A DNA stretch of 64,000 bases from Escherichia phage JK1. This document shows positions 18,743 through 28,005 of the stretch, piece after piece. The position numbers were made by a program, and so were the translations under genes. Every line of letters begins with the position of its first letter. The stretch's first letter is position 1. The notes below the pieces were generated by a model, which saw nothing but the letters and a program-made list of their open reading frames with translations, searched no databases and was not told the origin of the DNA. The stretch lies in the sequence record MZ436830.1; one strand, written 5' to 3'.

Positions 18743-19723
18743 TTATTTCAGAAGAGTAACCTCAGCGATTTCTTCCCAACCGTTTTTGTCGGTCATAATA
18801 AAGTCAGCAAGATAAAGAGCAGTACGCAGTGAAACATTACGTAAACGATTAACATTGACTTTCATCCATGATAATGCTTTATAAGTTTCTTCATCAGAAA
18901 GACCGCGCTTTTGCATCATGTCAGTTGAAAGAATAACATCTTCAACCCTGACCATAATTTCTTCATTAGTGTGAACACCCAAATCCAAATAAACTGAGCG
19001 GGACACTAATGCTTGTAAATGTGGAGCAAGTTTAGTACCACGGTCTAATTCGCGGTCAATGTCAACGTTTGTGATAAAAACAATCGTTCCTTTAAATTCA
19101 AACTCACGCTCAATGCCTTTTTCTTCTAAGTAAGAAGATGCAGTGCTCCAGCAGACTTTACGGGTCTCTCCAGTGTCCAGAGCAGCTTTTAGAAGATTAA
19201 GAATGTCCATATCAGAGAAAACATCCACATCATCAATCAAAAGGACAGAATTCTCTTCACGATTATTCCAAAGCTGTTCATAAAGACCGATACCGGAGAT
19301 TTTACCGTTAATGCTTTTATATTCAATGTATCCAATATCATTTGCTTTATTTAAAGCTTTATCTAAAGAATACGTTTTACCAATACCTGCCGCACCAGAG
19401 ATAATTAATGAACGAATGTTTCCGTTAATAATACCATTCGTCATCATTCCCATAACATTAAATCTTTTATTAATGCGGGTTTTCATATCTTCATACGATT
19501 CTTTAACTTCTTCAACTTTTACACCATCATATGAAATGTCTGATTTGTAAACCCAAACACCGCGACGTTTACCGTCAATTTCAACAAAAACTTTACCATC
19601 TCCTTGTGCATCTACCGGAGCATTATCTGGGAACCATTCGCCTAAGAGCTCAAAAGTTCCAGAGATTTCTTTACCGAAGTAGATACCCTTATTGATAGTT
19701 ACAGTTTTCATTTTATTCTCCAA
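18743..19723 (-). CDS. P-loop ATPase (AAA-like; T4 nrdC.10-like position)
   Basis: 326 aa; Walker A GAAGIGKT, Walker B VLLIDDVD. Confidence 0.65.
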   Translation of the reverse strand: MENKMKTVTINKGIYFGKEISGTFELLGEWFPDNAPVDAQGDGKVFVEIDGKRRGVWVYKSDISYDGVKVEEVKESYEDMKTRINKRFNVMGMMTNGIINGNIRSLIISGAAGIGKTYSLDKALNKANDIGYIEYKSINGKISGIGLYEQLWNNREENSVLLIDDVDVFSDMDILNLLKAALDTGETRKVCWSTASSYLEEKGIEREFEFKGTIVFITNVDIDRELDRGTKLAPHLQALVSRSVYLDLGVHTNEEIMVRVEDVILSTDMMQKRGLSDEETYKALSWMKVNVNRLRNVSLRTALYLADFIMTDKNGWEEIAEVTLLK

Positions 19724-19745
19724 ATCCGTATCAGTTGATAGTTGT

Positions 19746-19775
19746 ATAGTACCATAAAGCTTTATGCTTGTAAAC
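19746..19775 (-). promoter_or_regulatory. Early promoter (GTTTAC-N18-TACTAT)
   Basis: Plus gtaaac 19770-19775, atagta 19746-19751; 22-nt leader identical to the one at 34983-35004. Confidence 0.5.
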
Positions 19776-19799
19776 AGTTTTGTGAAAAATTTTTGAAAT

Positions 19800-19824
19800 A
19801 AAAAAGGGAGCCCGAAGGCTCCCT
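19800..19824 (-). terminator. Intrinsic terminator-like hairpin with C(UUCG)G loop and U-run on the minus-strand RNA
   Basis: Plus agggagcc-cgaa-ggctccct at 19805-19824, preceded by aaaaa; lies just downstream of the 337-aa ORF stop. Confidence 0.5.
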
Positions 19825-19825
19825 A

Positions 19826-20839
19826 TCATTTATAATAACTTTGGTGGTTTTCAAGATAGACCTTCTCAAGGAAGTCATCCCAGAAACTCATGTCTACTGT
19901 TTTAGGCATACCATTCTTAGAAGCTTCAGTAGATGCTGCTTCTACTTGATCGACCACATCTTCCAAAAACTCTTGAACTGTTTTAAATGGATGTTTACCC
20001 AACTTCACGTCGAGAATAAATGGAGCATCTTGGAGTGGATAAATCAAGTCGCCAGTTTTGTAAATTTCCAATAGTTGAAGTCCACCACGACAAGCATGAC
20101 TTAGTGCTTTCCAATCAATACCTTCATTAGCTTCGGCTTTACGAGCACGTTCACCATATTCAGCATCTAATTTGTTCAGTGACTGCTTAAGCTCAATAAG
20201 AGAAAGCGTTGTCTGATATTTACGACCCAGCACTGTATAGAACGTTTGTGGACCTGTTTTCTCATGATTATGGAACACCCATTCACAGAATTCGTTTTCT
20301 GGAAGACGATGCTTAATATCTTCAACTTTAGTACGACGCTGCTTAATGGAACCGTCTTCTTGGTAATCAACCCATTGCTCAGGGATTTGATTAACTACTT
20401 TCAATACATCGCGTAATGCAGCCAAACGAGAACCCTTGACACCGTATTTAGAAGCTTGCTTGCGGACATATCCTAAATAGGATTTCATGTTAGTCGTATA
20501 AAAACGAGAACGGTTGTCTTGAATAAACTTCCACACATCAGGCAAATCAGATTTAACCACTAGTTTAGGTGGAGTATGAAGCATATCCAATGCTACAGTT
20601 TCACCATCTGCTGCTAATTTAAAGAAATATTTAAGACTGTATAGTTCATGGTCAATATCATCTTTAGTGTTTTTAGATGATGTATTGTTAGTATTTTTAC
20701 TCATATGCTCTTTAACATTTCCGACAAGAATATCGCGAGCAGGAGGAACAAAGATTTCTTTAAAATCTACATCAGATTCTGGGGTAGAAGTTCCATAAAG
20801 ATGACTACCAAAATAGCTTTTCATTACTGTTTTCATCAT
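19826..20839 (-). CDS. Hypothetical protein (T4 nrdC.11-like position)
   Basis: 337 aa ORF. Confidence 0.6.
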   Translation of the reverse strand: MMKTVMKSYFGSHLYGTSTPESDVDFKEIFVPPARDILVGNVKEHMSKNTNNTSSKNTKDDIDHELYSLKYFFKLAADGETVALDMLHTPPKLVVKSDLPDVWKFIQDNRSRFYTTNMKSYLGYVRKQASKYGVKGSRLAALRDVLKVVNQIPEQWVDYQEDGSIKQRRTKVEDIKHRLPENEFCEWVFHNHEKTGPQTFYTVLGRKYQTTLSLIELKQSLNKLDAEYGERARKAEANEGIDWKALSHACRGGLQLLEIYKTGDLIYPLQDAPFILDVKLGKHPFKTVQEFLEDVVDQVEAASTEASKNGMPKTVDMSFWDDFLEKVYLENHQSYYK

Positions 20840-21297
20840 TCAGCCTTATATTCAATAACAGGACATACTTTAGCTTTACGAGCTTTTAAAAATTCAACGA
20901 TAATCGATTTCTTGGGTTGAATAGGAGGTAAACCTTTATACGCCCTATCAATATTTTCTACGTGTAAAGCATAATCCTTTTTCCATTTATAATCTTTATA
21001 TTTTTCACGCAAATGTGCAGGAATAACAAATGAACCGATAATAAGTAAAACAACCAAAAGCGCAAGTATAAATGCCGATGGAAGAAGAGTCCATAAACTA
21101 CCGAAAATAAGCCAACGTTGTAGGCTTTCTGCACAAATAATTGTTAGCCCTACGAGTATAGCACACCCAAAAATAGAAACGAAAAATGTAGGAATGGCAA
21201 TAGACCAAAAATATGCGCATAGTGTCTTAGGTCGTTGCCATTCATCGTTAAACAATTTGAATAATTTATAGTGCCAAGAGTTTTCATTAATAATCAT
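20836..21297 (-). CDS. Membrane protein (multiple TM segments)
   Basis: 153 aa; hydrophobic stretches AIPTFFVSIFGCAILVGLTIICA and LLALLVVLLIIGSFVI. Confidence 0.55.
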   Translation of the reverse strand: MIINENSWHYKLFKLFNDEWQRPKTLCAYFWSIAIPTFFVSIFGCAILVGLTIICAESLQRWLIFGSLWTLLPSAFILALLVVLLIIGSFVIPAHLREKYKDYKWKKDYALHVENIDRAYKGLPPIQPKKSIIVEFLKARKAKVCPVIEYKAE

Positions 21298-21299
21298 AA

Positions 21300-21821
21300 T
21301 TATCCTTTCATTGAAGGCGTAACGGTTGTTAAATACTTAATCATAGCTTCAGCTTCTGATTTTGATAATGAAATTTCTCCATTGTTTTGACGAATAGAAA
21401 TAAAATCCGGATGACGGTCACCACCAGCTTTTAAAACACACATATAAGTATCAGTTTCACCTTCAATATTTGAAATGATTGAAGCAGTTCCACATGAATG
21501 TGGTTTTTGATAAATCAATGCAGCTTTTCTTCCGCCATTTGACTGCTCATAGGCTTTTAATACATCAAGCAAATCAGTTCTTTTATCAATAGCTAAAATG
21601 TTATTTTCATCTTCAATGTTAAATCCTTCGGATACTTCATAAAGCGTTACCCATAAATCACCAATGTCAATAACAGCATTTACTTTTCCACGGCTTTCAA
21701 GAGTATGACAAATTTTCTTGATTTCGTCATAACTCATTTTAATAATATCATCTCCTTGAATAAGGAAGATGTCATTTTTAAATTCAACACGAATTAAACC
21801 ACTTTCACTTGAAATAAACAT
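21300..21821 (-). CDS. Hypothetical protein, paralog of the following ORF
   Basis: 173 aa; C-terminus EAEAMIKYLTTVTPSMKG resembles that of 21828..22382. Confidence 0.5.
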   Translation of the reverse strand: MFISSESGLIRVEFKNDIFLIQGDDIIKMSYDEIKKICHTLESRGKVNAVIDIGDLWVTLYEVSEGFNIEDENNILAIDKRTDLLDVLKAYEQSNGGRKAALIYQKPHSCGTASIISNIEGETDTYMCVLKAGGDRHPDFISIRQNNGEISLSKSEAEAMIKYLTTVTPSMKG

Positions 21822-21827
21822 ATTTCC

Positions 21828-22382
21828 TCACTTTGAAATCATAGTTGGAATAACAGAATCAAGATAAGTCTTTAGTGCAATAGCTTCGTCTTTGGTAAAT
21901 GTGACAATATGTGCTCGAGAATCATCAATTTGGCGAACAAGTACGACATCGCCATCTTCATAAGAAGTCTTGACATCCAAAGTCGTAGTATAATTTGCAG
22001 CTACTGGATTAATAATGCTAGCACCACGATCTTTAGCCCATTGAAGTTTAGCCTTTTCGGGTGTTTCGACTGTTTCAGATTCCAAGAATTCTTTCACCTT
22101 GGCAACGAATGTTGCCCAATTGTTGATAGAAAGACACATAAATTCAGTTTCAATATTACCGCCGTAAAGGCCACGATAAAAACGAACTTGGAGGTCGCCT
22201 GTAATATTAGTTACACCGGTAACTCCTGAGGGAGCATAAGATAAAATCGCAGCCAGTTCCATAGGAAGAATAGTAATACTATCGTCTTCCTGCGTCAGAA
22301 CGTATACATTATCACGTTTTTCGATAACCAGGTCACCGAACAAATCAGTTGTTTCAATTACAGCTTTCATATTATTTACCAA
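21828..22382 (-). CDS. Hypothetical protein, paralog of the preceding ORF
   Basis: 184 aa; C-terminus EAIALKTYLDSVIPTMISK. Confidence 0.5.
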   Translation of the reverse strand: MVNNMKAVIETTDLFGDLVIEKRDNVYVLTQEDDSITILPMELAAILSYAPSGVTGVTNITGDLQVRFYRGLYGGNIETEFMCLSINNWATFVAKVKEFLESETVETPEKAKLQWAKDRGASIINPVAANYTTTLDVKTSYEDGDVVLVRQIDDSRAHIVTFTKDEAIALKTYLDSVIPTMISK

Positions 22383-22557
22383 TTAAAGTTTCAATATAAG
22401 AATCAAGATTTACTTTAGCTTCTTCCATAAGAGTTTTGTATTTAATCTTGTTAGCATGTCCGGAGAAAGCTGATTCATCAATAATTGTTGATGTATGAAC
22501 AGCTTTACTATACGTCTCAATTAATTCTCTTAATTTAAAAGCCTGCTCACTTGTCAT
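22372..22557 (-). CDS. Small helical protein, member of the xEQxxKLxELI paralog family
   Basis: 61 aa; MTSEQAFKLRELIETY N-terminus. Confidence 0.45.
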   Translation of the reverse strand: MTSEQAFKLRELIETYSKAVHTSTIIDESAFSGHANKIKYKTLMEEAKVNLDSYIETLIGK

Positions 22558-22689
22558 TACATACTCCTTTGAATCATATCAATAATATTGTTCACCAGAT
22601 TATAGGTAAACAAAGGATAATTATATTGAATCATCACATACACAACAAACAAAACTTTCATTCTCTTCTCCTTGGCAGTTGACAAGATT

Positions 22690-22719
22690 ACTATACCATA
22701 ACCTTGCCAACTTGTAAAC
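22690..22719 (-). promoter_or_regulatory. Early promoter-like motif (GTTTAC-N18-TATAGT)
   Basis: Plus gtaaac 22714-22719, actata 22690-22695. Confidence 0.35.
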
Positions 22720-22721
22720 CA

Positions 22722-22895
22722 TTAAATGACGTTTTCGATAAAATTCTGAAGCTTTGTATGAGCATCAACCATGATTTTCATTTCTTCCTTTGCGAAAGCT
22801 GTACCTCTTTCACGAGAAGAACATTCATAGTCAGAAACTGCATTAGCATATTCTTCAATTAGCTTCATTAAAAACATCTGCTTTTCAGTTTTCAT
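22722..22895 (-). CDS. Small helical protein, not in the ORF track; possible member of the same paralog family
   Basis: 57 aa read manually: MKTEKQMFLMKLIEEYANAV..; start overlaps the upstream ORF end (alternative ATG at 22877). Confidence 0.3.
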   Translation of the reverse strand: MKTEKQMFLMKLIEEYANAVSDYECSSRERGTAFAKEEMKIMVDAHTKLQNFIENVI

Positions 22896-23079
22896 TATTC
22901 CACCTAATCATTTCAAGATATTGAACTAACTTAGCTTTGGATTTATCCAAATCCTTTTTAGCTGCTTCTATACCGTCGTATGAATATCCTTCACAATGCT
23001 CAACTGCCAATTGATATGAATCTATTTCAATATCACGTGCTAATTTAATGATTTTTTCAAACTGTTCGCGTGTTAGCAT
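22885..23079 (-). CDS. Small helical protein, member of the xEQxxKLxELI paralog family
   Basis: 64 aa; MLTREQFEKIIKLARD N-terminus. Confidence 0.45.
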   Translation of the reverse strand: MLTREQFEKIIKLARDIEIDSYQLAVEHCEGYSYDGIEAAKKDLDKSKAKLVQYLEMIRWNNEN

Positions 23080-23081
23080 AA

Positions 23082-23321
23082 TTAAACTCTCGTATTATGA
23101 TCGATAATTTCATCAAGAAACATATCTAACGCTTCTAAAGCATTATCAACTTTAGTTTCAAAGTCTTTAATGCCTTTATTCGAAATACCCGATGAATACC
23201 AAGCAAAGTCAATCAGCTCTTCATCTGCTTTACGAATTGAAGCCACTAATTCCTTGATTTTATCTGCTTGCTCTATACTAATCATTATTCCACCACATAT
23301 GACAGAGAGAATATTGCACAC
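23082..23321 (-). CDS. Small helical protein, member of the same paralog family
   Basis: 79 aa ORF; internal start gives [17 protein letters not shown]. Confidence 0.45.
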   Translation of the reverse strand: MCNILSVICGGIMISIEQADKIKELVASIRKADEELIDFAWYSSGISNKGIKDFETKVDNALEALDMFLDEIIDHNTRV

Positions 23322-23473
23322 GCCATGTGAGTTGCAACTTCATCACACATATTATAACGTTTCTTAAGAAATTCTACAAGTTCTTCACTAGTAACTTCAT
23401 CCATGTCGACGAAAAAATCACCATTAATGATGACGTAGATATTTCCTTCTTGATTGAGTGCTTCAATTTTCAT
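23285..23473 (-). CDS. Small acidic protein; start set at MKIEALNQ with GAGGAG ribosome-binding site
   Basis: The ORF-track start at 23518 lies upstream of the -10 element of the adjacent promoter, so the internal ATG at 23473 is preferred. Confidence 0.4.
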   Translation of the reverse strand: MKIEALNQEGNIYVIINGDFFVDMDEVTSEELVEFLKKRYNMCDEVATHMACAIFSLSYVVE

Positions 23474-23501
23474 GATGTTCTCCTCTTTATCCGATAGTTG
23501 T

Positions 23502-23531
23502 ATAGTATCACAGCTCAAACGGAAAGTAAAC
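23502..23531 (-). promoter_or_regulatory. Early promoter (GTTTAC-N18-TACTAT) immediately downstream of a stem-loop
   Basis: Plus gtaaac 23526-23531, atagta 23502-23507. Confidence 0.5.
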
Positions 23532-23541
23532 CGGTAAAATG

Positions 23542-23564
23542 AAAAAAGTCTCCCGAAGGAGACT
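23542..23564 (-). terminator. Intrinsic terminator-like hairpin, C(UUCG)G loop plus U-run
   Basis: Plus agtctcc-cgaa-ggagact at 23547-23564, preceded by aaaaa. Confidence 0.5.
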
Positions 23565-23568
23565 AATG

Positions 23569-23955
23569 TTATTCGAGGGAAAGAAGATACTTACTCTGGT
23601 AAAACATCCCAGTAATATCATCTATCGTGCTTTGGATGGCTGGAGGCATTTCTTTATAAATGCTGTTAGATTGGTCTAGTATGCGATCAATCATTTTAAT
23701 TGTGTCGGTAGGAAGTTTACTGGCATCTGGAATTGAAGGTGTGTATTTTCTACCAGAATACCCCAAATATTGCTCACCAAATTTATCAATCAAATCTGGC
23801 AACTCGGAGAAAATAAAATCGTATGCTTTGTGTCTAGCATAACTTTTAGTTTCAAAATGTGCAGAATGAAAATAAGCTTGTGCAGCCATTAATAAACCTA
23901 AGTATTCATCTGCCTTTGAAGGTTTTCCACTTTGTGAAAAGTCGCTGAATTTCAT
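23569..23955 (-). CDS. Hypothetical protein (rI.-1-like position)
   Basis: 128 aa ORF immediately upstream of rI. Confidence 0.5.
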   Translation of the reverse strand: MKFSDFSQSGKPSKADEYLGLLMAAQAYFHSAHFETKSYARHKAYDFIFSELPDLIDKFGEQYLGYSGRKYTPSIPDASKLPTDTIKMIDRILDQSNSIYKEMPPAIQSTIDDITGMFYQSKYLLSLE

Positions 23956-24245
23956 TCAGTCTCCAATTTAATGTTCATAATTCTAGCGTATGATTGTGCC
24001 ATCTCCGCGCCTCGTTCTATACATTCAAAATCAGAAGAGCACGGGTCATTTTTATAGGTCGTTCTCATAAAACTATAGAATTGTTCAGACGATTCTACGC
24101 TTTTATTTTCAAAAAGTGTATAAACGTGCCTAATACCAGATTCCATAAATTTATCAAAATGAGGATCGACATTCGCTTCAATCGATGGAGATAAAACAAA
24201 TGACAATCCTAGCATGGCAAATAGTGCCGTTGCTTTTAAGGCCAT
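23952..24245 (-). CDS. rI: Lysis-inhibition regulator RI (signal-anchored)
   Basis: 97 aa; MALKATALFAMLGLSFVLSPSIEANVDPHF matches T4 RI as I recall it. Confidence 0.8.
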   Translation of the reverse strand: MALKATALFAMLGLSFVLSPSIEANVDPHFDKFMESGIRHVYTLFENKSVESSEQFYSFMRTTYKNDPCSSDFECIERGAEMAQSYARIMNIKLETE

Positions 24246-24257
24246 AAAGGCCTCCTA

Positions 24258-24470
24258 TCATTTTTGTCCTGTATTTACTTTATGCCGATGCACGGCCTTA
24301 ACTTTATCAAGGTATTTTTCAAAATTTCGCAATCTAGTATAGTCTGCCGGAGATTGGTTGAGTGATACTTCTCGACGCAAAGCTGAAATAACATTTCCAA
24401 CTTCCCTACGAATTTCATCTAATTGAAGCACAGTAAGATTGCGAAGTTGCTTTTCAGTTAATTGTAGCAT
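24258..24470 (-). CDS. Hypothetical small protein (rI.1-like position)
   Basis: 70 aa ORF. Confidence 0.45.
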   Translation of the reverse strand: MLQLTEKQLRNLTVLQLDEIRREVGNVISALRREVSLNQSPADYTRLRNFEKYLDKVKAVHRHKVNTGQK

Positions 24471-24512
24471 ATATACCCCTTTAGTTAGATAAACCTATTT
24501 ATAACTTTTGCA

Positions 24513-25094
24513 CTAACCGAGCTTTTTAGTTAATTCATTCCAATGTTTTCTACACAAAGAAACATAAATTTCATCACCAATACAGATTTGATTACCTTCT
24601 TTAACTGGTGTTCCATCTTCCATTAATCGAGCTGTCATAATCGCTTTTTTACCACAATGACAAACTGCTTTTAGTTCAATAAGTTTATCTGCAATCGCTA
24701 AAAGTTCTTTAGAACCTTCAAACAATTTTCCAGCGAAATCAGTCCTTAATCCATAAGCCATAACAGGAACATTATATGTATCAACAATTCGGCTCAATTG
24801 ATGCACTTGTTCAGTTTTTAAAAACTGAGCTTCATCTACAAATACGCAATGAATATCTTTTTGTGCTTCAGCCCATTTATAGAACTCGAAAATATCCATA
24901 TCATCTGTAATAATATTCGCTTCCTGTTTAATTCCAATGCGAGAAACAACTTCACAGACAGAATCGCGAGTATCAATAGCAGGCTTAAGAACTAATACAC
25001 TCATTCCACGTTCTTTATAATTATGTGCAGCAGTCAAAAGAGAAGCAGATTTTCCAGCATTCATTGCTGCATAAGTAAAAATTAAACTCGCCAT
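24513..25094 (-). CDS. tk: Thymidine kinase
   Basis: 193 aa; P-loop AMNAGKS; C-terminal Cys cluster CHCGKK..C..C. Confidence 0.9.
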   Translation of the reverse strand: MASLIFTYAAMNAGKSASLLTAAHNYKERGMSVLVLKPAIDTRDSVCEVVSRIGIKQEANIITDDMDIFEFYKWAEAQKDIHCVFVDEAQFLKTEQVHQLSRIVDTYNVPVMAYGLRTDFAGKLFEGSKELLAIADKLIELKAVCHCGKKAIMTARLMEDGTPVKEGNQICIGDEIYVSLCRKHWNELTKKLG

Positions 25095-25103
25095 ATCACC
25101 TTC

Positions 25104-25289
25104 TTAAAGCGTATTCACATAAGCTATTAATTCATTTTCTTTCTTATCAAACAGATCAGCAAATTCTTCCTGCTGTTCAGGAGATAGCGGGCCGTATTCA
25201 TCATAAAAGGTGTTTGCTTCTGTATGCTCATCTAGAAGTTCATGGATAAGCTCAAACAATTTATCTTTTTGTTCTTTACTCAGACTCAT
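25104..25289 (-). CDS. Small helical acidic protein, xEQxxKLxELI family-like
   Basis: 61 aa; MSLSKEQKDKLFELIHELL. Confidence 0.45.
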   Translation of the reverse strand: MSLSKEQKDKLFELIHELLDEHTEANTFYDEYGPLSPEQQEEFADLFDKKENELIAYVNTL

Positions 25290-25455
25290 ATATTAATTTC
25301 CAGGAGTTTTAAGATAATTCGCTTTTGCTTAAATATTTCCATCGTTAAATGATCAATATCTTTTTGACCAATTCCAATAGCAAAACCCTTATTTACGGCA
25401 AGTTCAATTAAATTATCAATATTGCGTAAAACTTCATAACGTAACTCAAAATTAT

Positions 25456-25683
25456 TCATTTTGGTTCACCTTCTTTAACGAAATCAGGATAAGGATAAAA
25501 TCCTGAATAAAATCCTTCACCTTTATGATTGATGCATCCTTTATTAGAACAATAGCACCAATAATCGAAATCACAAGCCATTTCATCGTTGCATAAAGCA
25601 AAAACAACCGGCCACTTACACTTTTCACAGTGGGCATTTTTAAGAATACTAGTTTGGCTCATAACCATGTAACCTTTAAGCAA
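25456..25683 (-). CDS. Small Cys-rich (putative zinc-binding) protein
   Basis: 75 aa with 8 Cys, including CEKCKW and CYCSNKGC. Confidence 0.45.
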   Translation of the reverse strand: MLKGYMVMSQTSILKNAHCEKCKWPVVFALCNDEMACDFDYWCYCSNKGCINHKGEGFYSGFYPYPDFVKEGEPK

Positions 25684-25871
25684 TATTCTTCTACATGTTG
25701 TTTACGACCTTTCTTATCAATAAAGGTATATTCAACGAATGTTCCAATGTAGTCTTTATCTACATCATGTGGACTATTAATTGGACATTTAGTACGGCAA
25801 ATGCGTTCCCATTGACGAATAATTACTGCTTTGTTTTTAGGATCAAACGGATGTGGGTAATGCACTTTCAT
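25659..25871 (-). CDS. Hypothetical small protein
   Basis: 70 aa ORF. Confidence 0.4.
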   Translation of the reverse strand: MKVHYPHPFDPKNKAVIIRQWERICRTKCPINSPHDVDKDYIGTFVEYTFIDKKGRKQHVEEYCLKVTWL

Positions 25872-26322
25872 AATCCACCACTATTAAATCAATATCAGGA
25901 GTAAACATGTCGATTAATTTAGAAACCTTATCCCAATCGCCGCCAGCAATACCACAACCTATGCGTGGAATGTAAATTACCGGTTTAAACAAAAGGGTTT
26001 CTGCCTGTAGATTTAATTCTATCATGCAGTTTACTAAAGCACCATAATCAAGATTAGGACCTGGTTCGTATTGCGTATACAGGTTATAGCATATACCAAA
26101 TCCCGTAGGACTATGTTTAAAAACAATAGACATATCGCCTAATTTATCACGAGAACCGTACTCAGTAGTGGTTTTATCTATTTCTAAAATTTTGGGATAG
26201 GCTCTGGCTAATTGACCCGCTACACCTGAACCCATAGTATGAAAACAATTGCACCCGTGCGCAATAATATTACCTTGAAGAAATAGGGCGACAATATCGC
26301 CCTTGATATATTTTACAATCAT
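25843..26322 (-). CDS. Possible macro-domain (ADP-ribose binding/processing) protein
   Basis: 159 aa; Gly-rich motif HGCNCFHTMGSGVAGQLARAY resembles the macro-domain N..N...GGGV.GAI..AAG signature; by eye only. Confidence 0.4.
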   Translation of the reverse strand: MIVKYIKGDIVALFLQGNIIAHGCNCFHTMGSGVAGQLARAYPKILEIDKTTTEYGSRDKLGDMSIVFKHSPTGFGICYNLYTQYEPGPNLDYGALVNCMIELNLQAETLLFKPVIYIPRIGCGIAGGDWDKVSKLIDMFTPDIDLIVVDYESALPTSV

Positions 26323-26660
26323 CTAGTACTCAATCCTCGATTATAAGAATCTACCAAACGGTCAACCATTGAATGACAAGCGGCTTTATCTTTCTCCTCC
26401 GCAACTGAACATTCTAAGGTATTCCACTTTTTAGCATATCGTTTTAACAATGTATCATTTTTGTATCTGCTTGATTTATCTCTTTCTCCGTCTTTATATG
26501 CATATATTAATTTCTGCGCAAATTCAGCTTGGCATGCTTTATTTTTCCCGCAATAATCCGCTGCAGTACGGTTTACATACTCTCTAATTTCAGTATATGA
26601 TGTATCTGCTAACGCAGAAAATGAAATTAATCCTATACATAAAACCAAAATTTTAGTCAT
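26319..26660 (-). CDS. Small secreted or periplasmic protein with signal peptide
   Basis: 113 aa; N-terminal MTKILVLCIGLISFSALA; several Cys. Confidence 0.45.
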   Translation of the reverse strand: MTKILVLCIGLISFSALADTSYTEIREYVNRTAADYCGKNKACQAEFAQKLIYAYKDGERDKSSRYKNDTLLKRYAKKWNTLECSVAEEKDKAACHSMVDRLVDSYNRGLSTR

Positions 26661-27198
26661 TTACTATTTCCAAAAGTTTATTATTTTTAAGGTAATTAGC
26701 CTTTTCTAGGACTTCAGAAGCATATTTAGAACCTGCTTTAACATTCCATCCCGAATTATAAGAGGATATTGCTTTTCTTATATCGCCCTTATGTATATTT
26801 AACCAATAAGAAAGTTCAATGTACGCCCAGGAAGCTGAATTGGACCGTTTATTCAACATTCTTTTTATTTCAGCATCGGTCATATTATAACCAAGTTCCT
26901 TAACTCTTGCTCGCATAGTAGGCAAATAATTTTGGAACATTCCATAAGCGTGATGCTTTGGTTTAGATTTTAAATTAACTCCGCCAGAGCTTTCTTGCCA
27001 TAAAATAGCAGCCATTATATGACCTAATCCGCTCTTGTGGATATTTTTGTGTGTTTTATATTTTCCATCCTTAGAAAATTGTTCCCCGAATTGATACGCG
27101 TAACGCATGTTATCGAGTTGGACATTACTGAAAGTATGCTCGGAGCTATGTGCCATCATTGAAATGGCCAATAGACCAGCGAGTAGTGCTTTTCTCAT
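26653..27198 (-). CDS. Secreted lytic-transglycosylase-like (SLT domain) protein
   Basis: 181 aa; signal peptide MRKALLAGLLAISMMAHS; AILWQESSGG (catalytic E-S) and SYNSGW motifs. Confidence 0.55.
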   Translation of the reverse strand: MRKALLAGLLAISMMAHSSEHTFSNVQLDNMRYAYQFGEQFSKDGKYKTHKNIHKSGLGHIMAAILWQESSGGVNLKSKPKHHAYGMFQNYLPTMRARVKELGYNMTDAEIKRMLNKRSNSASWAYIELSYWLNIHKGDIRKAISSYNSGWNVKAGSKYASEVLEKANYLKNNKLLEIVND

Positions 27199-27205
27199 GC
27201 TTACC

Positions 27206-27667
27206 TCATTGAGTTTTAATTACTGCTTTAGAAGCCTTTCCTGGTAAACGACGACTGTTGATAATTGCCATCCTGCATTGAAGTGACGGGTTTTTGAACT
27301 TCTCATTAGGCTTACAAACCGTAAATCCAAGCCAAAGATTTCCATCTGTGATTTCTAAACGTCCAGGACGATATTCAACCCCATCAATAAAATCCTCGTC
27401 AATGTCAGGACGCGGAGGCATACTCAGGAATTCATTAACTTCTAAAACATGGTCTTTTATTTTATGGAATAATTCAAAAACATATGTCTCATCAATCTCC
27501 CGTTGAATTGCACGATCAAGAAGATGTTGAGAATATTTTAGATGAAACGATGAGACTCCTGCTGCTTTTGATGCCTCACGAATCTCATTGTTAATTTGAC
27601 GAAACTCCGACTCAAAGTGACGACGAAGCTTATTTCGACGGATAAAAACTTCTGTATTGATAGTCAT
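27206..27667 (-). CDS. regB: RegB endoribonuclease
   Basis: 153 aa; length, position and N-terminus consistent with T4 RegB as I recall it. Confidence 0.75.
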   Translation of the reverse strand: MTINTEVFIRRNKLRRHFESEFRQINNEIREASKAAGVSSFHLKYSQHLLDRAIQREIDETYVFELFHKIKDHVLEVNEFLSMPPRPDIDEDFIDGVEYRPGRLEITDGNLWLGFTVCKPNEKFKNPSLQCRMAIINSRRLPGKASKAVIKTQ

Positions 27668-27694
27668 GTTATTCTCCTCTTAACTGATAGAAAA

Positions 27695-27724
27695 ATTATA
27701 CCACAGTCAAGAGGAAAAGTAAAC
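27695..27724 (-). promoter_or_regulatory. Early promoter upstream of regB (GTTTAC-N18-TATAAT)
   Basis: Plus gtaaac 27719-27724, attata 27695-27700. Confidence 0.5.
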
Positions 27725-27726
27725 AG

Positions 27727-28005
27727 TTATTCTTTAAATCTAATCAATTTATTCATAGACTTTGAAACTTCTGCACGAACCTCATGTAAGTTTTTAAGCT
27801 GTTCAAGACGCTGCTCATAGTAAGCAATTTCATCTTCTTCGAGACAGTCCTGTGAATCTTCTTTAAGATAACGTGCATAGTCCTGGAAAGCTTTACGGAC
27901 TACTTCCTGGAAGTCATCAAGACTTTGAATTTTCTTAGGAGCGACAGATACACGACGAGGTGCAGTATAATACTCATAACCAAACCCTGCACTTAATTGA
28001 GCCAT
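27727..28005 (-). CDS. Hypothetical protein; start at internal Met giving TAATG coupling
   Basis: ORF track 27727..28047; ATG at 28005 overlaps the upstream stop. Confidence 0.4.
   Translation of the reverse strand: MAQLSAGFGYEYYTAPRRVSVAPKKIQSLDDFQEVVRKAFQDYARYLKEDSQDCLEEDEIAYYEQRLEQLKNLHEVRAEVSKSMNKLIRFKE

Noticed and set aside
26319-26660. Assigning the 113-aa ORF as vs (valyl-tRNA synthetase modifier) from its position
   Set aside because: The product has an N-terminal signal peptide, which is hard to reconcile with a cytoplasmic tRNA-synthetase modifier; left unnamed.
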